DNA of 64,000 nucleotides, taken from positions 52,700,001-52,764,000 of the forward strand of contig OZ024741.1 of the NCBI GenBank assembly GCA_964016885.1. The letters are read 5' to 3'. This DNA comes from Eledone cirrhosa. Taxonomy: Eukaryota. The position numbers were made by a program, and so were the translations under genes. Positions 56,699 to 64,000 of the stretch are shown here, in pieces; position 1 is the first letter of the stretch; each line of letters starts with the position of its first letter. The notes under the pieces are model-generated. The model searched no databases and was not told the origin of the DNA. It saw only the letters and a program-made list of their open reading frames with translations.

Positions 56699-56925
56699 CT
56701 ATCTATCTATCTCTGGGATGGACACACGCGTATAACTTGCTGAGTAAGTTCTGTTTAAATTTCTATAGAAATTCTTGTCTGATAACTTTAATTTTTGTAC
56801 CATTTTGTAGAGGGACTGCCAGGTCAAACTTTGATCTGGTCAGTCTCTCAAAATATTCTACGCCTTTAGGCGAAATAGTTAAAAAAAAAAAGTTTTTTCT
56901 TGTTGAAAAGTCAATATTTTTTTAA

Positions 56926-58413
56926 ATGGCCGAAGCTTCTTCACCAAAATTCGAAGGAGGAAAGGGGAAGATGAACTTACAGCTTCCCCCTGCCACTGTC
57001 ACAGTAGCAGAGGTCAAGAAGATAGGTCAGCCAGAGGAAGAATTCTCTCCACCTGTTAACCGACAACTTGACGTTGCCATGGCAACAACCCAAAGAACCA
57101 GCAGCAACAGCAACAACAACAACAATGCGACGGACGAAAGCAACACCAATAACAATAACAATAACAACAACAAGACCAATAACGGTGACAACAACAACAA
57201 TGATAACAACAACACCACCAACGACAACAACAACACAAACAAACAAAATTTCTCCTTCGCCGAGACGACAAGGAAAACCCTCGACTATCTGCCAGTAGAT
57301 ATAACAAAAGCGAAGGAGCTACTGGCGGATGCGAAAAAATATATAGTGTACGGGGAAAATGGTTCATTCACAATCCATTCCCCCCCGGAACTAAAAAGCC
57401 AGAGACTCCTAAACACGGTCATGTTTAGGACAATCTCGAACAAAAGTAAAAAACCAGCTCAACCATCACAGAGCGAAATAGAGCTGGTTTTAAAAGACGT
57501 CATGAAGGACATCACCTTCATTCAGAAGGATAGACTCTACGGGAGTCTATCCATTCTCATGAAGGACAGGGACACAGCAGTGAAACTGTCCATCAAACCA
57601 ATCACATCCAGCGCATACACCTTCTACCCTACGTACATGGGTAGAAGAACACAAAAAATAAAAATCCACACCATCCTGCCGATTATGGACATATGGTGGG
57701 TTTTGACAGGTTTTCTGGACCTGGAGGATGACATGCTGGTGTCCATGGGAAAGGCATCGGGTGACGCGTTCAGTGGAACGAGCCTCGAACTTGTAGTTCA
57801 AATGAGGCCCGAAAGGATCGCCCAGATCCCTGAACGCGTCATACTAGATGATCTAACCTTCATCAACATTACCGTTGAGGGTAGACGGCCCTCGTGTTAC
57901 CTCTGCAGAACCAGAGGTCACCTGAGGGCTGTCTGTCCCCAACTTAATAAGAAAACCCCAATCCTGCCTACACCACCAACAACTGCACAACCAACACAAT
58001 CACCACAACTACCACTACAAAAACAACCACCACAGCTCAAACCAAAACAAAACAATGTCCAACCCATCCCCTCCACTCAAAAAACAAAAACAATTTCCAA
58101 AACACCCGTACCGCAAACACAACCCGAAAATATACCCCTCCCCTCCAACGCGGAAGATGACCCTAGTTCGTCGTCAGACGAGGAGGAGCACTTCCACACA
58201 ATCAAAAGAAAAAAGAAAACACACCTCAGACACACAAATGAAAAAAACCCCTCCCCAAAACATAACACTGACACCAACACAAAAGAGCTCACAACAGCAA
58301 ACAAAAAACACCACACAAAAACAAAAACATGCATACACATACATAAATACAAGAAACAAAAAACTGTTAAACATTGTGTACAACAACAATCTAATAAAAA
58401 CACAAGGGCCTAA
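56926..58413 (+). CDS. Tx1 ORF1 with CCHC zinc knuckle (probably continues in the 58055-58711 frame)
   Basis: CYLCRTRGHLRAVC, with Asn-rich and Pro/Gln-rich low-complexity regions. Homologous to the ORF at 62790. Confidence 0.85.
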   Translation: MAEASSPKFEGGKGKMNLQLPPATVTVAEVKKIGQPEEEFSPPVNRQLDVAMATTQRTSSNSNNNNNATDESNTNNNNNNNNKTNNGDNNNNDNNNTTNDNNNTNKQNFSFAETTRKTLDYLPVDITKAKELLADAKKYIVYGENGSFTIHSPPELKSQRLLNTVMFRTISNKSKKPAQPSQSEIELVLKDVMKDITFIQKDRLYGSLSILMKDRDTAVKLSIKPITSSAYTFYPTYMGRRTQKIKIHTILPIMDIWWVLTGFLDLEDDMLVSMGKASGDAFSGTSLELVVQMRPERIAQIPERVILDDLTFINITVEGRRPSCYLCRTRGHLRAVCPQLNKKTPILPTPPTTAQPTQSPQLPLQKQPPQLKPKQNNVQPIPSTQKTKTISKTPVPQTQPENIPLPSNAEDDPSSSSDEEEHFHTIKRKKKTHLRHTNEKNPSPKHNTDTNTKELTTANKKHHTKTKTCIHIHKYKKQKTVKHCVQQQSNKNTRA

Positions 58414-58735
58414 CTTCACCCAGGCAGGGGATTTCCCCCACCTCAAAATGATTAAGGCCCCACAGGACACCTATAAAACTTTAAAAAACAATTTTAAAGA
58501 GGACGTGGGTCCCCCCTGCGTCGGGCCCATTAACCGCGTCCTCCTAAAAAACTATCCCACCCCCTCCCCAAACACCCTCACAACTCCAAGCTCCCCAACC
58601 ACACAACACACTGATGCCCCCACACTTCCACAAACCACCACCCCACCCAACAACCCATCCCCCACCCTAATGGAAATTGTGCAGCCCGATACCCGGGACG
58701 CAGAGAGGTAAGTGCCTTTTCTCTTCACCACCAAC

Positions 58736-61700
58736 ATGGCTATGCTAAGAGTAGGCTGTTTAAATGCGCGTGGCCTGGGCTCAACTTGGAAGCAAGCAAT
58801 GCTTCTAAATGACCTCAGGTCACAACGTATAGATGTGATGGTTATTTGCGAGGCCCGGATCAGCAACGTGCGACAGCTGGCCCCCACCTTTGATGACTTT
58901 GAGATGCACGCATCTCTCTGTCAGCCCGGAGGTGGGGGTGGAGTTGTCGTTCTGCTGCAAAAACATCTGGGTCTCGCAACACAGATGGTACATTTGGACC
59001 CGGAGGGTCGACTAGTGGTTCTGGACCTTGGCAGTGGTAAAGGCGGAGCGTTTAGGTTGGTAGCCGCCTACGGCCCTTTCGGGTCAATGCGGCCGGACTT
59101 CTTCCATCGTCTGGAGACTTTTCTAGGGACGTCCCGCTCCTTGCTATTAGTGGGGGACTGGAATGGTATCCTAGATGCACGCTGGGACTACGTAGGGGCC
59201 TGCCCCGATAGAGAGGGGTGTAATAGCCTCAAAGGGTTAATCGGTCGATTTGACCTGGCCGATAGATATCGACTAGATTTTCCGACTGCGCCAACCTGGA
59301 CTTGGGCAAATCGTAGCGGATCATCTAGGTCGTACCTAGATAGGTTCTTAGTTAGAATTAAGGATAAGGACTTTTTAAGTTGTCCAAAAATGCGCATTGT
59401 TGGCTATTCAGACCACAAATTAGTGACCTGCATGGTCAACCTTGACAGAACTCATAAACAGGGCCCCGGTTACTGGAAGCTCAACTTGTCCTTGCCGGCA
59501 AGTAGAGTCTACAGGAATCGGATTAGTACGTTAGTTAAGGAACGGTTGACTGGAGCGATCGTCAACAGCAGGTGGTGGGTATCTCTAAAGAGAGAGATTA
59601 GAGTAGTCTCGATAGAATTTAGTAAGGTTCTAGCTGCGGATAGGAATAGGAAGGAAAGGGAGCTAATAGATAGAGTAGAAGAGGCAATTAGAAGCGGCGA
59701 CGTGGCCAGAGTGCTAGCGTCGAGAACGGCTTTGAGCCAGTTTTTCGACGCGAAGCACGAAGGCTGCGTTGTCCGAAGTAAAATACGTGCTCTAGGGAAC
59801 GAGGGGACCAAAGCTGTTAGCTGGGCCCGCGTGACAGAGGCCAACAGTGGAACTAAATCCACCATCCGGTCTTTGCGAGACCTGGATGGACGGGCGATTC
59901 TTGAGCCTAAGCAGATATGTGAGGCCTTTCAAAGGCACTTTGCCCGACTGTTCGGGAGGGGCGGGGAGCCGGTTGGGAACGTGGACTTCGGTCCATACCT
60001 CGACGGCCTGCCGCGCCTCTCGGACAGTGAGGCGAAGTCCTGCGAGGAGCCGATTTCGGCCGCTGAGATAGAGGACGTGCTGAGCCAATGCGGCAAACGC
60101 AAATCCCCGGGTCTCGATGGTCTTCCTTACGAATTATATCTAGCTATGCCGGACTTGTTCCCCGATCTCCTCGAGGCGGTCTACTGCAACTGGCAACAGA
60201 ACGGGAGAATTCCCTGTACTGTGACCAAGGGCGTAGTCACGCTAGTGAGGAAGGACGAGAAAAAGGGGGACGAAATAAGTAACTTCAGGCCCATAACACT
60301 GCTAAATACAGAGTTACAGATTTTGGCCAAGGTGCTAGCAAAGAGGTTGGCGCTTGTCGTGGGCAACCTGGTGGGAGATGCGCAGACATGCGCTATCCCG
60401 TCCAGGTCCATCCATGACAACCTCCACCTCATGCGATACATCATAGAGAGGGTTGGGAACGAACCCGGCTTTGGTGGGGCTCTGATCAACTTGGATCAAT
60501 CTAAGGCGTTCGATAGGGTCGACCATGGTTACCTGGATGCGGTGCTAGCGGCGGCAGGCTTCGGACCCGTTTTCAGGGGCTGGATCACTGCTATGCACAG
60601 CAGCCGCATCTGCTCTAGGGTCAAGGTGAACGGCTACCTCTCGGAGCCGTTCAAAATCGCGCGGTCCATCCGACAAGGGTGCCCTCTCTCCTCCCTTCTG
60701 TATGTGTTGACTCTCGAGCCACTACTGCGGAAGTTGGAGTTGTTGCAGGGCATCCCTTTGGAACCGGGATTGCGGAAAGCGGTGTCGGCCTACGCCGATG
60801 ACGTGACAGTAATGGTGTCGACGGCCTCCGAAATCGAGGCGGTCGGCACCTTACTGGAGGAGTACGAAAAGTTCACAGGGGCTAAGCTGAACCGGGACAA
60901 GTCGATCGGTTTGCAACTCGGCACGTGGAGGGGCAGACCGATGCCCTCCGATAGCGTCGTCGGACGCTGGACGGAGGGCCCGGTGAAGTTGCTCGGGGTC
61001 TGGTTCGGACCGGACCTCCAGGTGGAGAAAAACTGGGCGGAGGTTACGAACAGGGTGTTTGCACTGACCCAGAAGTGGGCCAGTTGCAAACTATCCCTGA
61101 AAGGTCGGGCGGAGGTGGCGAACACCTACATAGCGTCCGTCATCTACTACCGCCTGACCGTAGTGCCCTGCCCAAGGGAAACCCTCACCAAGATGGAGCG
61201 CGCGCTCTTCCAATTCCTTTGGAAGAGGCGGGCTCCTATGGTGAGGAGATCCATCTGCTGTCAACACCCTTCGAAAGGAGGGCTGGGGATGCCGTGGCTA
61301 ATGATGCGTAAACACGCATTAAGGCTACGGCACCTCTACGTATTCCTCACCGGACAACCGGTGTGGGCCTCGTTTGTGAGACGAACCTTTCCCAAACTCG
61401 TCTCACTCACCGAGCTGCAATCCTGGGTCAAGCAAAGACCGAGAAAACTGGGCGCCTGGCACACTGAGTGTGCCCAGGCGCTCACCGCCCTCTGGCAGGC
61501 GGATCCGGTTATCAGTGGAGACTCCACCGCAACATTCTATAGAGGGCTGGTACGCAGCAGGTGCGACGACGCCCTCGGAGAAGCCCTAGACATGGAGGAG
61601 GACGAACTGGCCAGCCTGTTCGGTAGGACATTCAGCCCGGGACCTATGGACAACTTCCAGAAGTCCCTGGCCTGGCAGTGCTACCGAGGGGCTTTACCCG

Positions 61701-62173
61701 TTCGAGAAAGGCTCTACAGACACGGGCGCCCGGGTAGGGACCCCGCCAAAAAGATCTGTCCCAGATGCGTGTGCGACGAGGAAACCGTTGCACACGCATT
61801 AGTACACTGCTCGGGCGTAGCCGATCTGTGGGGCTATGTCGAACAACTGCTGTCAAGGGTGGGACCGATCCGGTTGACCACCGAGTCGATTGTAATGATC
61901 AAGCCGCCTCCCCCCTTCAAAGATGAAGCAGAGGCGGTGTTTCTGTGCGTAATAGCCATGGCGAAAGAGGTTGTATGGTGGACGCGTCTGAAAGGACTGA
62001 GGTCGGGCACCTTTCTCTCTGGCCAACAACTGGTCCGTTTCTTCCGATATCATTTCGGAAGAAGGATCAGGATGGAGAGAGAGGTGCTGCACCCCAGCCG
62101 TTTCTATGAAAGATGGGTGAAAGTGGCGAGAATGGCCCGTGTGAATGGGCCTTCACTCTACATCAGACTATAG
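58736..62173 (+). CDS. Tx1/L1 ORF2: APE endonuclease, RT and C-terminal Cys motif; intact
   Basis: LNARGL, GDWN, SYLDRF, SDH, WKLN, KSPGLDG, FRPITLLN, DQSKAFDRVDH, RQGCPLS, YADD, CPRC..ETVAHALVHC. Confidence 0.96.
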   Translation: MAMLRVGCLNARGLGSTWKQAMLLNDLRSQRIDVMVICEARISNVRQLAPTFDDFEMHASLCQPGGGGGVVVLLQKHLGLATQMVHLDPEGRLVVLDLGSGKGGAFRLVAAYGPFGSMRPDFFHRLETFLGTSRSLLLVGDWNGILDARWDYVGACPDREGCNSLKGLIGRFDLADRYRLDFPTAPTWTWANRSGSSRSYLDRFLVRIKDKDFLSCPKMRIVGYSDHKLVTCMVNLDRTHKQGPGYWKLNLSLPASRVYRNRISTLVKERLTGAIVNSRWWVSLKREIRVVSIEFSKVLAADRNRKERELIDRVEEAIRSGDVARVLASRTALSQFFDAKHEGCVVRSKIRALGNEGTKAVSWARVTEANSGTKSTIRSLRDLDGRAILEPKQICEAFQRHFARLFGRGGEPVGNVDFGPYLDGLPRLSDSEAKSCEEPISAAEIEDVLSQCGKRKSPGLDGLPYELYLAMPDLFPDLLEAVYCNWQQNGRIPCTVTKGVVTLVRKDEKKGDEISNFRPITLLNTELQILAKVLAKRLALVVGNLVGDAQTCAIPSRSIHDNLHLMRYIIERVGNEPGFGGALINLDQSKAFDRVDHGYLDAVLAAAGFGPVFRGWITAMHSSRICSRVKVNGYLSEPFKIARSIRQGCPLSSLLYVLTLEPLLRKLELLQGIPLEPGLRKAVSAYADDVTVMVSTASEIEAVGTLLEEYEKFTGAKLNRDKSIGLQLGTWRGRPMPSDSVVGRWTEGPVKLLGVWFGPDLQVEKNWAEVTNRVFALTQKWASCKLSLKGRAEVANTYIASVIYYRLTVVPCPRETLTKMERALFQFLWKRRAPMVRRSICCQHPSKGGLGMPWLMMRKHALRLRHLYVFLTGQPVWASFVRRTFPKLVSLTELQSWVKQRPRKLGAWHTECAQALTALWQADPVISGDSTATFYRGLVRSRCDDALGEALDMEEDELASLFGRTFSPGPMDNFQKSLAWQCYRGALPVRERLYRHGRPGRDPAKKICPRCVCDEETVAHALVHCSGVADLWGYVEQLLSRVGPIRLTTESIVMIKPPPPFKDEAEAVFLCVIAMAKEVVWWTRLKGLRSGTFLSGQQLVRFFRYHFGRRIRMEREVLHPSRFYERWVKVARMARVNGPSLYIRL

Positions 62174-62435
62174 GTGAGGAAGATAAAAGACCAAGGGAGC
62201 ACCCCTTCTCTGTGCTCCTGAGGAGAAGGGTTGCACACTTTTTTCGGGGGTGTGTGCGACCCCCCAAGGCGCCTCCTCTCTATTGAGGATTTTGTTAAAA
62301 ATTTTATTTTTTGTTATATCTTATTTTATTTTTATATTTTGTTATTGCCTTCTCCTTATTGAGGACGCCTTTTTGTGTAAACTCCCCCCTTTGTACTTGT
62401 CCCACTTTTGATGCCCTAGTGGCAAATAAAAGAAA

Positions 62436-62437
62436 TA

Positions 62438-62532
<95 letters not shown>

Positions 62533-62558
62533 ATATCTATCTATCTATCTATCTATAT
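62436..62558. repeat. (TCTA)n/(GATA)n microsatellite
   Basis: Seen directly; also at 56518-56560 and 56659-56712. Confidence 0.95.
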
Positions 62559-62789
62559 CACCTAGCTGTCGTCTGTTCGATAGCGTAGACGTAATTCACT
62601 TCGCGCAGAAGTTTTGTTCCAATTTATTGCGGAAATATTGTAAGTTTAATTTTAATTTTGATACTATTGTGTAGCTTGAACCCCGTCTGAACTGTCAGGC
62701 GGTGGGTCAACTCATTTTCGCCCCTCCCAGGGGTGAAAAACCTGTTTAAAAAAAATTTTGTTGCATAAAATTTCAATCGTCTGGGAGAA

Positions 62790-64000
62790 ATGTTAAATGA
62801 AGCTAACGAAAATAGTGGTGGGGGGACAGCGGTAAGAGTTGTAAGCTCGCACGCTTTAGTCGCCCCTTCCTTCCCAACTAACGTCATAGAGAAGGAAAGA
62901 AAAAATAAAATAAAAACAGACGAATGTGCGGAGAAAAATGTTGACGAAAACACAAATCTGGACATTGATTCCAACAACAACAAAAATTTGGAAGAATTGC
63001 ATGACAATATTAATACCACAAACAAAGAAACAACAAACACAAAAATAACATTTGAAAACAATAACATCATAACAGAAAGCAAAACAGACGACAAAGTCAA
63101 CACCAATAATATCTCATTTGCACAAACAACAAAAAAATCTTTAACATACATACCTGAAAATATTTCAGATGTGGCACAAAGAATAAAAAACGCCAAACAA
63201 TTCATAACTCAAGGGGAAAATGGAGCCTTGTCGGTAAAAATGTCCCAAGAACTCACCAAAGATATTGTAAGTCGGACGGTCGTTTTCCGCACCATCAACA
63301 ACATCTCAAAAAAGCCGCAACAACCAACACAAGTAGAAATTAAAGCGGTACTTAGAGAAGTATTTAATGAAGCCACTTTCATAAGAAGAGACAGGCTGTA
63401 TGCAAGCCTGGCCATTATTATGAAGAACGAATCGGCGGCGAAAAAATATGCTTTGTCGCCGATTCATTCGACACATTTTACCTTTTATCCATCTTATATG
63501 GGTAAAAGAACTCAGCGCATATGGCTGGATGCGATGATGCCAGATATGGACTACTGCTGGCTCATAGCTGGCTTCATTGATCCAGCGAATGACAACGTAA
63601 TTTCCATTGGGAAAACCACAGGCAATGCGTTCAGTGGAACAGGTATAGAACTTGTAGTGCAAATGAAGCCTGAACGCATTGCCCAAATACCCGACAGAAT
63701 CCTATTAGAGGGCCACGGGTATATAAACATTAGCGTGGAGGGGAGAAGGCCGTCCTGTCATATCTGTGCAGGCAGAAGGCACCTGAAGGCGGCTTGTCCA
63801 CAACTCAACAAGAAGAAAACCCTGCTACCAACACCAGCTCCACCACCACCACAACAGATAAACAAACAACAAAACTCAGTCCCACCCAACCCGTCCCTCA
63901 GTAAAACTACACCACCACCACAGAACATTACCCCAAAACAAAACACAGTCCCACCCAACCCCTCACTCAATAAAACAACACAACCACCGCAGCCACAACA
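62790..64000 (+). CDS. ORF1 of a second, divergent Tx1 element (5' UTR from ~62559; runs off window; absent from ORF track)
   Basis: ATG at 62790. ISFAQTTKKSLTYIP..QGENGA..YPSYMGKRTQ..VEGRRPSCHICAGRRHLKAAC aligns with ORF1 at 56926. Confidence 0.88.
   Translation, partial: MLNEANENSGGGTAVRVVSSHALVAPSFPTNVIEKERKNKIKTDECAEKNVDENTNLDIDSNNNKNLEELHDNINTTNKETTNTKITFENNNIITESKTDDKVNTNNISFAQTTKKSLTYIPENISDVAQRIKNAKQFITQGENGALSVKMSQELTKDIVSRTVVFRTINNISKKPQQPTQVEIKAVLREVFNEATFIRRDRLYASLAIIMKNESAAKKYALSPIHSTHFTFYPSYMGKRTQRIWLDAMMPDMDYCWLIAGFIDPANDNVISIGKTTGNAFSGTGIELVVQMKPERIAQIPDRILLEGHGYINISVEGRRPSCHICAGRRHLKAACPQLNKKKTLLPTPAPPPPQQINKQQNSVPPNPSLSKTTPPPQNITPKQNTVPPNPSLNKTTQPPQPQ

Larger units (their letters stand above)
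56713..62435 (+). mobile_element. Full-length Tx1/L1-clade non-LTR retrotransposon inserted in (TCTA)n
   Basis: 5' UTR, ORF1, ORF2 and a 3' UTR with AATAAA. (TCTA)n on both sides. Confidence 0.93.

Overview
Eukaryotic, AT-rich, almost entirely repetitive DNA with no supportable host gene. The repeat mix suggests an invertebrate, probably an octopus-like cephalopod (inference). 1-25 kb is a nest of Penelope-like retroelements (PLEs): four Naiad-type copies (one near full length) and one Neptune-type copy. It also holds many non-coding hammerhead-ribozyme (HHR) modules between (TA)n tracts, plus RTE, R4/Dong, SINE and mariner remnants. 26.4-54.4 kb is a degenerate (GTT)n tract that turns into a ~27 kb array of a 27-bp minisatellite with higher-order repeats. 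56.5-64 kb is a head-to-tail array of Tx1/L1-clade LINEs inside a (TCTA)n tract. The main candidate novelty is a repeated RNA motif (6 copies, 3 divergent sequence types). It carries a full hammerhead core whose three strands lie in the reverse order to the type I/II/III permutations, making it pseudoknotted, with a canonical kink-turn on stem III and compensatory base changes between types. All structures were derived by eye and no activity has been tested.
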